Of a stretch of 57,670 nt of DNA, positions 30,124 through 39,407 are shown piece after piece (the stretch's first letter is position 1; each line of letters starts with the position of its first letter). Below the pieces are notes generated by a model that saw nothing but the letters and a program-made list of their open reading frames with translations, was not told where the DNA came from and ran no database searches. This stretch comes from Candidatus Binatia bacterium (GTDB lineage Bacteria; Desulfobacterota; Binatia; UTPRO1): assembly GCA_041488235.1 (NCBI GenBank), contig JBGPOW010000003.1:1-57670 (forward strand). Direction: 5' to 3'. The position numbers were made by a program, and so were the translations under genes.

Positions 30124-31067
30124 TCGCGGTCGACGGCCTCGTCAAGGACTTCGGCCGCACCCGCGCGGTCGCCGGCGTCAGCTTCGACGTCGCCGCCGGC
30201 GAGATCATGGGCCTCCTCGGCCCGAACGGCTCGGGCAAGACGACGATCATGCGGGTCTTGACCGGGTTCTTTCCGCCCACCGCGGGTAGCGTCGCGATCG
30301 ATGGTCTCGACGTCGAGCGCCACCCGCTCGCGGTGCGCGAGCGCATCGGGTACTTGCCCGAAAACGTCGTCCTCTACCCCGACCTCACGGTGGTGCGTTT
30401 CCTGCGCTTCTGCGCCGAAGTGAAGGGCGTGCCCGCCGCCGCGCGCCGCGCGCGGCTCGACGAGGTGATCGCCGCCTGCGGCCTCACCGAGGTCGCGGGC
30501 AAGCTCATCGGCAAGCTCTCGAAGGGCTACCGCCAGCGCGTCGGGATCGCACAGGCGATCGTGCACCGCCCGCGCGTCCTCATCCTCGACGAGCCTACCG
30601 TCGGCCTCGACCCGCGGCAGATCATCGAGATCCGCACGCTCATCAAGGCGCTCGCCGGCTCGACGACGGTGCTCCTGAGCACGCACATCTTGCCCGAGGT
30701 GAGCATGACCTGCGGGCGCGTGATCATCATCGACTACGGCCGCATCATCGCCGAGGACACCGCGCTCGGCCTCACGCAGCGCGTGCGCGGCTCGGATGAG
30801 ACGCGGGTGCGCGTCGTCGGCCCGCGCGCCGAAGTCCTCGCTGCTCTGACGACGGTCGGCGGCGTCGACGAGCTGCGCGAAGAGGCGGCCACGGACGGCG
30901 CCGTCACCGTCGTCGCGCGCTCCGCACGCGGCGACGACGTGCGGCGCGAGATCGCCGCGCTCGTCGTCGGGCGCGGCTGGGGACTCGTCGAGATGCGCCC
31001 GCTCGCGATGAGCCTCGAGGACCTGTTCGTCCGCCTTGTCCGCGACGATCGGGACGCCGCCGCGTGA
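30120..31067 (+). CDS. ABC-2 transporter ATP-binding protein (GldA-like)
   Basis: GPNGSGKTT, LSKGYRQRVGIAQA, ILDEPT, STHIL; GTG start overlaps the upstream stop. Confidence 0.93.
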   Translation: MIAVDGLVKDFGRTRAVAGVSFDVAAGEIMGLLGPNGSGKTTIMRVLTGFFPPTAGSVAIDGLDVERHPLAVRERIGYLPENVVLYPDLTVVRFLRFCAEVKGVPAAARRARLDEVIAACGLTEVAGKLIGKLSKGYRQRVGIAQAIVHRPRVLILDEPTVGLDPRQIIEIRTLIKALAGSTTVLLSTHILPEVSMTCGRVIIIDYGRIIAEDTALGLTQRVRGSDETRVRVVGPRAEVLAALTTVGGVDELREEAATDGAVTVVARSARGDDVRREIAALVVGRGWGLVEMRPLAMSLEDLFVRLVRDDRDAAA

Positions 31068-31810
31068 AGACGCTCGCGCTCGTCCGCAAGGAGCTGGCCT
31101 CGTACTTCGCCGGCCCGCTCGTCTACGTCGTGATCGGCGCCTTCCTCTGTGCGACGGGACTGCAATTCTACACGACGCTCAACAGCTACGTGACGATCGG
31201 CTTCGGCCTCAACATCCTCGAGCATTTCTGGGAGGAGTTCTTCGTCAACTCCATCGCCTTTTATCTGTTGATCGTCGTGCCGCTCTTCACGATGCGTCTC
31301 ATCGCCGAGGAGCGCCGCCTCGGCACGATCGAGCTGCTCTACACGTACCCGCTACGCGACCGCGAGATCATGCTGGCAAAGTTCGCGGCGTGTCTCCTCG
31401 TGTTTCTGCTCTTCGTCGCCGGGACGCTGCTCTATCCGGCGATCGTCTACGCCATTCAGCCGTTCGATCCGCGTCCGTTCCTCGCGCGCTACCTCGGCAC
31501 GGTGCTGTTTCTCGCCAGCTGCATCGCGTGCGGGCTCTTCATCTCGTCACTCACGGAGAGCCAGGTGATTGCGTCGTCGTGCACGTTCGTCGTGTTGCTG
31601 CTCTTCTGGATCCTCACCTGGAACGAGGCCGCGGTCAGCACGTCGCTCGTGACGGTGCTGAGCCAGGTGTCGACGTTCGACCACTTCCACGCCTTCGCGA
31701 CCGGCGTCATCGACGCGAAAGACTGTCTCTACTTTCTCTTCTTCATCGCGCTCTTCCTCTTCCTGACGTTGCGCTCCATGGAGTCGCGACAGTGGCGAGG
31801 CCGGCGCTGA
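31064..31810 (+). CDS. ABC-2 permease (GldF-like)
   Basis: KELASYF, TMRLIAEERRLGTIELL, ISSLTESQVIA. Confidence 0.9.
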   Translation: MKTLALVRKELASYFAGPLVYVVIGAFLCATGLQFYTTLNSYVTIGFGLNILEHFWEEFFVNSIAFYLLIVVPLFTMRLIAEERRLGTIELLYTYPLRDREIMLAKFAACLLVFLLFVAGTLLYPAIVYAIQPFDPRPFLARYLGTVLFLASCIACGLFISSLTESQVIASSCTFVVLLLFWILTWNEAAVSTSLVTVLSQVSTFDHFHAFATGVIDAKDCLYFLFFIALFLFLTLRSMESRQWRGRR

Positions 31811-33141
31811 AGCGCGGGGCACGGCGTCTGCCGGCGCTGGTCGTCGGCATCGTGGGTCTCATCGCCTGCGCCGCATTGGTACTGCTGCTCGCCTACCGGC
31901 ACACGCTGCGCATCGACCTCACCCCCGAACGCACGTACACGCTGTCGCCGCACGCACAGCGGATTCTCGGCGGTCTCGACCGCGACGTGCACGTCACCGT
32001 GTTCGTCCGCAGCGCGGATCCGCGGACGCCGTTTCTGAAAGACCTGCTCCGGCGAGTCGCGAACGCGTCGCGGCGCGTACACTACGACTTCGTCGACTTG
32101 AACCGATCGCCGGCACTCGCACGGCAGTACGGCATCGAGCGTTACGGCGCCCTCGTGGTGGAGAGCGACGGCCATCGTCGCGACATCTCGAACCCGTCCG
32201 AGGGGATGCTCGTGAGCGCCGTCCTGGCGGTGACGCGGCCGTCACAACGGGTCGCGTACTTTCTCACCAGTCACGGCGAGCACGCGCCGACGGACACCGA
32301 CCGGAAGCTCGGCTACTCGAGCGCGGCGCGCGCCCTCGAGGAGGATCTCTTCGTCGTCCGCGAGCTGGCGCTCGTCGGCCCCGAAGGCGTGCCGGCGGAT
32401 GCGACGGCGGTCATCGTCGCGGGGCCGCGCAAAGACTTGCTGCCCGACGAGGCGGCGCGACTCGACGCGTATCTCGACCACGGCGGGGCGTTGCTCTTGC
32501 TCCTCGATCCGGAGAGCCCGGCGTCGATCGCGGCGATCCCCGCGCGTCGCGGCATCACGCCGCTCGACGCCGTGGTCGTCGATCCGGAGCGCCGGCTGGC
32601 GTCGGGCGAAGGCGTCACGATCCTCGTCTCTGGTCTCACGTCGTCCTTTCTGGTGAGCGGCACGCTCGAGGCGCCGCCGGTGTTCTCCCGCGCCCGACCG
32701 CTGCAGCTCGCGACCGGCGACGCTCCGAAGCCAATCGGATTCCTGCAGAGCGGTGTCACGAGCTACGCCGTCCCTCTTGGCCAGCCGCTGGATGCGGGCG
32801 GCGGCGCGGCACGCGCGCAGGTCGTCGGTGCCGCGCTCGTCCTGCAGGCGAGCGACGGCGCAAAGCCCGGGCGGCTCATCGTGCTCGGCGACGCCGATTT
32901 CGCGACCAACGGCTTCGTCGACTACCTCGGCAACCGCGACCTGCTGGTGAACGCCGTCAATTGGCTCGCGCGCGAGGAGTCGTTGATCGCCGCGCGCGCG
33001 GAGCAAAAGGAGGCCGGGCGGGAGCAGTTCTTCGTCACCGAGACCCAGGGACGGATGGCGTTCTGGCTCGCCGCTGTCGCGCAGCCGGCGATCTTCTTCG
33101 CCTTCGGGATCTACGTGTTCATCCGCAGGCGGCTCGCGTGA
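31807..33141 (+). CDS. GldG-like ABC accessory protein; start uncertain
   Basis: IDLTPERTYTLS, YFLTSHGE, IVAGPRKD, VLGDADF, NAVNWL, C-terminal TM. Confidence 0.85.
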   Translation: MKRGARRLPALVVGIVGLIACAALVLLLAYRHTLRIDLTPERTYTLSPHAQRILGGLDRDVHVTVFVRSADPRTPFLKDLLRRVANASRRVHYDFVDLNRSPALARQYGIERYGALVVESDGHRRDISNPSEGMLVSAVLAVTRPSQRVAYFLTSHGEHAPTDTDRKLGYSSAARALEEDLFVVRELALVGPEGVPADATAVIVAGPRKDLLPDEAARLDAYLDHGGALLLLLDPESPASIAAIPARRGITPLDAVVVDPERRLASGEGVTILVSGLTSSFLVSGTLEAPPVFSRARPLQLATGDAPKPIGFLQSGVTSYAVPLGQPLDAGGGAARAQVVGAALVLQASDGAKPGRLIVLGDADFATNGFVDYLGNRDLLVNAVNWLAREESLIAARAEQKEAGREQFFVTETQGRMAFWLAAVAQPAIFFAFGIYVFIRRRLA

Positions 33142-33689
33142 GCTGGCGCGCCGTCGGCGTCGTCTACGCCGTGCTCGCGCTGCTGCTCGCGTTCGTGCTG
33201 CGCTTCGAGCGTGAGCCCGCCGTCGAGCCGCCGCCGCCGGAAGCGGCGCCCGCACGGTCGCTCCTCGGTGTCGAGCCGAGCGCCGTACGCGCGGTCACCT
33301 TCCTGCGCGGCGCGATGCGGGTGCGTGCCGAGCGCCATGACGGTCGCTGGCGCGTGGTCGAGCCCGCCGGCGCGGTCGTGCCGCCCGATCTCGTCGATGC
33401 CGCCGTCGCGACGCTCACGGCCGGGCAGGTGTCCGAGGTCGTCGCCGACGGTACGCGCGGCGTCGATCTGGCGGTCTTCGGCCTCGCCACGCCGAGCTCG
33501 ACGATCGTGTTGACGACGAACAGCGATAGCGGGAGCCGCGAAGTGACCGTGCTCTTCGGCGACATGAATCCGACGCGTACCGCGCTGTACGCCCGGCTCG
33601 CCGACGATCCGCGCGCGTATATCGTCGGGTTGAACGTGCGGTACTACGAGGACCTGATCTTCGAGGCGACCGCGTCGCGACAGCGCTGA
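33138..33689 (+). CDS. DUF4340-like protein
   Basis: N-terminal TM, FGLATP, GDMNPT..YAR; usual position after gldG-like genes. Confidence 0.75.
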   Translation: MSWRAVGVVYAVLALLLAFVLRFEREPAVEPPPPEAAPARSLLGVEPSAVRAVTFLRGAMRVRAERHDGRWRVVEPAGAVVPPDLVDAAVATLTAGQVSEVVADGTRGVDLAVFGLATPSSTIVLTTNSDSGSREVTVLFGDMNPTRTALYARLADDPRAYIVGLNVRYYEDLIFEATASRQR

Positions 33690-34288
33690 GCGCCCTCGCG
33701 CTTCGCGGCGCGCGGCACGCGCGCGAACCGCGCGAGAAGGAGCATCCGTCCCTCGGCGCGGTACTTGCGCGCGAACGCGGTGTCGAGCCCAGGGTGATCG
33801 TTGCCCGGCGGGAGCTCGGCGAAATCGCCGCTCTCGCGAATCGCCGTCTGGATCATCGCCATGTAGGCGCGGACGTCGGTCGCGACGTAGAGCTGGCCCC
33901 CGTCGACGAGCGTCCGGGCGACGGCGTGCACGAACGCCGGAGAGAAGATGCGTCGGCGCCCGTGGCGGCGCTTCGGCCATGGGTCGGGAAAATACACGTG
34001 GTATGCGCCGACTGACGCCGCGGGCACGATCGCGAGGACGCAGGTCGCATCCGCGTGCAAGGTCCGCAGGTGCCCGACGCCGACACGCGCCACGCGTGCG
34101 GCGAGACGCTGCGCCTTCCGGGGCGCGCGCTCGATGCCGAGGAGGTTGCGCTGCGGTGCCGCGCGCGCGCGGCCGAGGAGAAACGTTCCGTCGCCGCTCC
34201 CGATCTCGATCTCGACGGGTGCATCGTCGCCGAACAGCGCGTGCCAGAAGGCGGCGCCGTGCGGGACGGCGGCGGGAGCGGCGCTCAT
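33644..34288 (-). CDS. trmB: tRNA (guanine-N7)-methyltransferase
   Basis: EIGSGDG, LGIE, FPDPWPKRRH, ATD. Confidence 0.9.
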   Translation of the reverse strand: MSAAPAAVPHGAAFWHALFGDDAPVEIEIGSGDGTFLLGRARAAPQRNLLGIERAPRKAQRLAARVARVGVGHLRTLHADATCVLAIVPAASVGAYHVYFPDPWPKRRHGRRRIFSPAFVHAVARTLVDGGQLYVATDVRAYMAMIQTAIRESGDFAELPPGNDHPGLDTAFARKYRAEGRMLLLARFARVPRAAKREGAQRCRDAVASKIRSS

Positions 34289-35019
34289 CGCACGTACGGC
34301 GAGCGTTGCGGGCGGAGCACGATCTCCGCGCAGGTCGCCGTGGAAGCGGTGCGCAGCGCGAACAGCACGGCGTCGGCGACGTCGTCGGGGCGCAGCATGC
34401 GTGCGCGGTCGATACGTCGATTCGGCGGGACGAGCGCCGTGTCGACGAAGCCCGGCGAGACCACCGCGACGCGAATGCCGAGCTCGCGCACCTCCTCGAA
34501 GAGCGACTGCGCGAAACCGCGGATGCCGAACTTCGCCGCCGAGTACGCCGCCGCGCCGGCGCTGCCGCTCATGCCGGTGATCGACGCAATGAAGACGATC
34601 GCCGGCTCGGGACGGCGGCGCAGCTCGGGCAGCAAATGATGCGTGAGGAGCATCGGCGCACGCAGGTTGAGACGTAGCGTCGTATCGACGCTCGCGATCG
34701 ACGCGCGCGCGAAATCGGCGTGCGGAGGTGCGCCGCCGGCGTTGTGCACGAGGATGTCGAGGCCGCCGAGCGCCGCGCGCACGCGGTCGACGAGCCCGAC
34801 TACTGCGTCGTCGTCGGTCAGGTCGGCGACGAGCGCGTGCGCGGCGCCGCCGGCGCGCGTGATCTCGTCGACGACCGTGTCGAGCTGACGTCCGGTGCGC
34901 GCCGTGATCGCGACCGTGGCGCCCGCGCGTGTCAGCGCCAGCGCGATCGCGCGTCCGATGCCGCGACCGCCGCCGGTGACGAGCGCAGTGCGTGCATGGA
35001 GTGGGGCGTCGCCCGTCAC
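34285..35019 (-). CDS. SDR family oxidoreductase
   Basis: TGGGRGIG, HNAG, YSAAK, PGFVDT; GTG start inferred. Confidence 0.92.
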   Translation of the reverse strand: MTGDAPLHARTALVTGGGRGIGRAIALALTRAGATVAITARTGRQLDTVVDEITRAGGAAHALVADLTDDDAVVGLVDRVRAALGGLDILVHNAGGAPPHADFARASIASVDTTLRLNLRAPMLLTHHLLPELRRRPEPAIVFIASITGMSGSAGAAAYSAAKFGIRGFAQSLFEEVRELGIRVAVVSPGFVDTALVPPNRRIDRARMLRPDDVADAVLFALRTASTATCAEIVLRPQRSPYVR

Positions 35020-35105
35020 GACCGCGTTGCGTTTAGCATAGGGCGTGAGTACTATCCACGGCCTTTCACGCCCGCACGCGCACCGCTCACAACGAGGAGG
35101 ATCCA

Positions 35106-36203
35106 ATGAAGGCCGCCGTCCTGCACAACTTCCACGAGCCGCTGCGTGTGGAAGCCGTCGATTTGATGGAGCCGCAGGCGGGCGAGGTGCGAGTGAAGCT
35201 CGCGGCGAGCGGCGTCTGTCACAGCGATCTGCACGTCGTCAAAGGCGACTTGCCGATGCCGACGCCGCTCATCCTCGGCCACGAGGGCGCGGGCGTCGTC
35301 GACGGAGTCGGGCCGGGCGTCACGACGGTACAGAAAGGCGACCACGTCGTCCTGTCGTGGGTTCCGTACTGCGGCAAGTGCTTCTTCTGCGGACGCGGCG
35401 ACTTCCACCTCTGCGAGGTCGCGGCGCAAGGCGCCTTCATGGGTGGTATGTACGACGGCAGCACGCGCTTCTCGTTGAACGGCACCGCCGTCCATCACTT
35501 CGGCGGCGTCTCGTCATTCAGCGAGTACACCGTCGTCGCCGAGCACGGTGCGATTCCGATCCGCAAGGACGCGCCGCTCGACGCCGCCTGCCTCGTCGGC
35601 TGCGGTGTCATGACCGGCGTCGGCGCCGTCATCAACACCGCCAAGGTGGAGGCGGGGGCGTCGATCGTCGTGTTCGGCGCCGGCGGGGTCGGGCTGAACG
35701 TCATCCAGGGCGGCGCCCTCGTCGGCGCCGAGAAGATCATCGCCGTCGACCTCGTCGAATCGAAGCTGAAGATGGCGGAGGAGTTCGGCGCTACGCATCT
35801 CGTCAATGCCTCGAAGGGCGACGCCGTCGATCAGGTGCGCGCGCTCACGGGCGGCCGCGGCGTCGATTATGCGTTCGAGGTGATTGGCAGCCCGGCCGTC
35901 GTGCTGCAAGCGTTCATGAGCCTGCGGCGCGGTGGCAAGGTCGTCGTCGTCGGCGTACCGCCGCTCACCGCGCAGATTTCCGTCCCCGGGTTCTCGCTGC
36001 CGCTCGAGGAGAAGAGCCTCATCGGCTCTTGCTACGGCTCGGCGAAGATGCGTACCGACATGCCGCGCCTCGTGGATCTGTTCATGGCGAAGAAGCTCAA
36101 GATCACCGAGCTGATCAGCAAGCGCATCGGGCTCGGCGACGTGAACCACGCCTTCGAGCAGATGGAAAAGGGCGAGGTCGCGCGCAGCGTGATTGTTTTT
36201 TGA
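35106..36203 (+). CDS. Zn-dependent alcohol dehydrogenase (class III-like)
   Basis: CHSD, GHEGAG, CGKCFFC..C, GCGVMTG, GAGGVG. Confidence 0.94.
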   Translation: MKAAVLHNFHEPLRVEAVDLMEPQAGEVRVKLAASGVCHSDLHVVKGDLPMPTPLILGHEGAGVVDGVGPGVTTVQKGDHVVLSWVPYCGKCFFCGRGDFHLCEVAAQGAFMGGMYDGSTRFSLNGTAVHHFGGVSSFSEYTVVAEHGAIPIRKDAPLDAACLVGCGVMTGVGAVINTAKVEAGASIVVFGAGGVGLNVIQGGALVGAEKIIAVDLVESKLKMAEEFGATHLVNASKGDAVDQVRALTGGRGVDYAFEVIGSPAVVLQAFMSLRRGGKVVVVGVPPLTAQISVPGFSLPLEEKSLIGSCYGSAKMRTDMPRLVDLFMAKKLKITELISKRIGLGDVNHAFEQMEKGEVARSVIVF

Positions 36204-36241
36204 TTTCCTCCGCGTGTACGCGGCACGCAGCGTCCGTCGTG

Positions 36242-36379
36242 CGGCGCGGTGGGGAGCGCCTCCCCGGCGGCCGACGGAACGCGCGGGGTAGTCGTCGCGC
36301 TGCGGATCTTCCGTTCCCGCAACGTTTGTGGTGGTGAGGCGTCCCAATGTTCGCCCAGGAGGCGCTCCCCACCGCGCCG
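36242..36379. repeat. 22-bp perfect inverted-repeat element (REPIN/MITE-like)
   Basis: CGGCGCGGTGGGGAGCGCCTCC (36242-63) and its exact reverse complement (36358-79), 94-nt spacer, between convergent genes. Confidence 0.8.
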
Positions 36380-36515
36380 TGCACCGTCCGCCGCAACCCG
36401 CGGCATGCGGACACGAGGCCGCGTCCGTCGCGGCGCGTGCGCAGCACGCGGCCGCGGTCAGAACGTCCTGCGCGCCCGCGCAGAACGATGGAGGACGACG
36501 CCGAGCGTGCCGTCG

Positions 36516-37478
36516 TCAGCTGGCGGCGCGGTGGTGTGGGGGGTCGTGGTGTCCGAGGGCGGCGTGGGCGGTGGGCGCGACTTTCCAGACGGCGTGGCTG
36601 TGACCACGCAGCACGTCGAGGCGGCCGAGGATGCGGGCCGTCACCTCGAGGAGAACGGCGACGGTGCAGGTGATGATGCTCGGCCGTGCGGGGGCGCGGA
36701 GACGTCGGGCGGCGAGCCTCACCAGACGGCGCGTCGGGAGCGTCGCGACACGGTAGCCGGTCTGCGCGCGCAGCGTGTAGTGACCGGCGGCGTTCCGGCG
36801 GCGCTGCCAGAGATACTCGAGGATCGTGTCGGGGCCGCGATTCACGACGATCGCTTCTGGTACGTACTTGAGCGTGTGACCGGCGGCCGTGACCATCGCC
36901 TCGATCGTCGCCTCGTCGAGCACGCTGTCCGGCGGGAGACGCGGGACGAGCGCGGCGCGCACCACGATCGCCTCGCCGAGCTTCGGCGCGACCGTGGCGA
37001 CGTCGTGGTGTAGCTCCCAGAGGAGTGCGCCGACGCGGCCCATGAGCGTGCGCGCGTCGTTGCTCGGTACCGGACGGCCGCCACACATCCCGACGCGCGC
37101 GTCGGCGGCGAACGCGCCCAGGACCACGTCGAGAAAACCGGGACTGAGCAGCACGTCGGCGCTCGCGATCAAGAGCACGTCGGCGTCAGGGTCGCGGATC
37201 TCGAGATACCGATCGACGGCGGCTGCCTTGCCGGAGCGTACGGCTTCGGTGACGAGGCGGACACGCCCGTCGCGGCGCGCCATCTCGGTGACGCGCGCCG
37301 CGGTCGCGTCCGTGCAGCCGCTCGCGACGACGACGACCTCGCTGAGGATGCCGAGCGGCGTTCGCTGCGCGAGAAGCGAGGCGAGCATGTGGGCGACGTT
37401 CCGCTCCTCGTTGTACGCCGGGACGACGGCGCTCACGCGATACCGTGCCCCCTCGCACGCGCCCAACCCATCCGTCAT
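36516..37478 (-). CDS. Glycosyltransferase family 2
   Basis: VVPAYNEE, SGCTD, GKAAA, SAD, LDE, QRRR. Confidence 0.88.
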   Translation of the reverse strand: MTDGLGACEGARYRVSAVVPAYNEERNVAHMLASLLAQRTPLGILSEVVVVASGCTDATAARVTEMARRDGRVRLVTEAVRSGKAAAVDRYLEIRDPDADVLLIASADVLLSPGFLDVVLGAFAADARVGMCGGRPVPSNDARTLMGRVGALLWELHHDVATVAPKLGEAIVVRAALVPRLPPDSVLDEATIEAMVTAAGHTLKYVPEAIVVNRGPDTILEYLWQRRRNAAGHYTLRAQTGYRVATLPTRRLVRLAARRLRAPARPSIITCTVAVLLEVTARILGRLDVLRGHSHAVWKVAPTAHAALGHHDPPHHRAAS

Positions 37479-37536
37479 GCCAATCAGAATATACGGACCG
37501 TCGTCTCCCCGCGATAAGGTGGCACCAGGGCGGTAA

Positions 37537-37598
37537 GGAGGCGCGCGGATTGATTCCGCGCGCCGACGCCCAGCGCGAGCCGCAGGCGAGCGGGGGCG
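37537..37598 (-). repeat. Dispersed structured repeat, copy 3 (inverted, diverged)
   Basis: Plus strand GGCGCGCGGA-TTGAT-TCCGCGCGCC-GACGCCCA-GCGCGAGCCGCAGGCGAGCGGGGGC, the reverse complement of the copy 1/2 layout. Confidence 0.75.
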
Positions 37599-37614
37599 GC
37601 AATCAATTGACGGA

Positions 37615-38802
37615 TCACCCGCGCGGCAACTTCAGCACGCGCTCGCCGATGATGTTGCGTTGCACCTCGGAGGTGCCGCCGCCGATCGTGAACGCGCGCA
37701 CGGCGAGAATCCGACGCAACCACTTCGTCGTCTCGTCGCCGGCGCCGCTGCGGCGGTCGATCTGGCCGGCTTCGCCGAGGAGCTCGCTCGCGAGCTCGAC
37801 GATGCGGAGGTTGAGCTCGGTGCCGAAGAGCTTCGCGACCGACGCCTCGGGGCCCGGCGGCTCGCCGCGGATCCGGCGCGTGACCTGCCGGTATTGCGTG
37901 TAGCGCAGCGCCGCAGCCTCGGTCGCGAGCCGCGCCAGGCGCTCGCGCACGTAGCCGTCCTCGATCGCCGGCCGGCCGTTCAACGTGCGGCGTTGCGCCA
38001 AGGTCACGAGCTCGCGGATCAAGCGATCGAACGAGTACACGGCGCCGAGGCCGACGCGCTCGAACTGCAGCGTCGTCATCGCCACCTGCCAGCCCTCGTT
38101 CTCGCGGCCGACGAGGTTCGTCTTCGGCACGCGGACGTCTTCGAAGAACACCTCGTTGAACTCGGCGTCGCCGGTGATCTGGACCAACGGGCGCACGGTG
38201 ATGCCGGGCGTGCGCATGTCGACGAGGAGATACGAGATGCCGAGGTGCTTCCGCGCCGTCGGATCCGTGCGGCAGAGGAGGATGCACCAGTGGGCGCGGT
38301 GGGCGAGGCTCGTCCACACCTTCTGTCCGTTCACGATGTAGTCGTCGCCGTCGGTGACGGCGCGCGTCTGCAGCGCGGCGAGATCCGAGCCGGCGTTCGG
38401 CTCCGAGTAGCCTTGGCACCAGATCTCCTCGGCCGAGAGCATCGTCGGAATGAAGCGGCGCTTCTGCGCCTCACTGCCCCACTGCATGAGCGTCGGGCCG
38501 ACCATCATGATGCCGATCGGGTTGATCGGGGCCGGCGCGTTGGCGCGGCCCATCTCCTCGGCGTAGACGAGCTGCTGGAGGAGCGTCGCGCCGCGGCCGC
38601 CGTACTCGCGCGGCCAGTGGATGCCGACCCAGTTGCCGGCGTGCATGGCGCGGTGCCACGCAAGGAGCTTCTCGAACCGCGCGTCGGGATCCTGCTCCTC
38701 GTCGAGCTCGCCGGGGGCGAAGTGCCGCGGCAGGTGCTCGGCGAGCCACGCGCGCACCTCGGAGCGGAAGGCCTCTTCCTCGGGCGAGTAGCGGAAGTCC
38801 AT
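37615..38802 (-). CDS. Acyl-CoA dehydrogenase
   Basis: WCQGYSEPNAGSDLA, NGQKVWTS, FNEVFF, TIGGGTSEVQRNII. Confidence 0.95.
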   Translation of the reverse strand: MDFRYSPEEEAFRSEVRAWLAEHLPRHFAPGELDEEQDPDARFEKLLAWHRAMHAGNWVGIHWPREYGGRGATLLQQLVYAEEMGRANAPAPINPIGIMMVGPTLMQWGSEAQKRRFIPTMLSAEEIWCQGYSEPNAGSDLAALQTRAVTDGDDYIVNGQKVWTSLAHRAHWCILLCRTDPTARKHLGISYLLVDMRTPGITVRPLVQITGDAEFNEVFFEDVRVPKTNLVGRENEGWQVAMTTLQFERVGLGAVYSFDRLIRELVTLAQRRTLNGRPAIEDGYVRERLARLATEAAALRYTQYRQVTRRIRGEPPGPEASVAKLFGTELNLRIVELASELLGEAGQIDRRSGAGDETTKWLRRILAVRAFTIGGGTSEVQRNIIGERVLKLPRG

Positions 38803-38827
38803 CGCTGCCCGTAGAGGCGGTACCCGC

Positions 38828-39397
38828 TCAGTCGCTCTTCACGCGCGAGAGGTAGGCGCCGCTCTCGGTGTCGATGCGGATGACATCGCCGGTCTCGACG
38901 AAGTTCGGTACCGGGACCACGAGGCCGGTCTCCGTCGTCGCCGGTTTGAGCACGTTTGTGACCGTCGCCGTTTTCAAGCCGGGCGCGGTGTCGGTGACGC
39001 GCAGATCGACGGTCTTCGGCGGGGTGACGCCGATCGGACGTCCTTCGTAGAAATCCACCGTCACGCGCATGTTCGGCAGCATGTAGGAGACGACGTCGCC
39101 GAGCATTCCGCGGTCGAGCGAGATCTGCTCGAAACTCGTGGTGTTCATGAAGTGGAACTCGTCGCCGTCGGCGTACAGGAACTCCATCTGTTGCTGATCG
39201 AGCGTGACGCGATCGACTTTGTCTTCCGAGCGGAACCGGTTTTCGGTCTGCGTCCCGGAGCGTACGCCCCGCATCTTCGTCTGTACCATGCCGCGCCAGT
39301 TCCCCGGCGTGATGTGGGTGACCGTCATGATGCGGTAGAGGTCGTTCTGGTAGTTGATCAGCATACCGACGCGCAGCTGCGTTGCGGGAATGAGCAT
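38828..39397 (-). CDS. efp: Elongation factor P (PGNW loop variant)
   Basis: KOW/OB layout, EFLYADG..FMN, KPATTETGL.V.VP.F; loop HITPGNWRG. Confidence 0.95.
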   Translation of the reverse strand: MLIPATQLRVGMLINYQNDLYRIMTVTHITPGNWRGMVQTKMRGVRSGTQTENRFRSEDKVDRVTLDQQQMEFLYADGDEFHFMNTTSFEQISLDRGMLGDVVSYMLPNMRVTVDFYEGRPIGVTPPKTVDLRVTDTAPGLKTATVTNVLKPATTETGLVVPVPNFVETGDVIRIDTESGAYLSRVKSD

Positions 39398-39407
39398 CGC
39401 GATCGGC

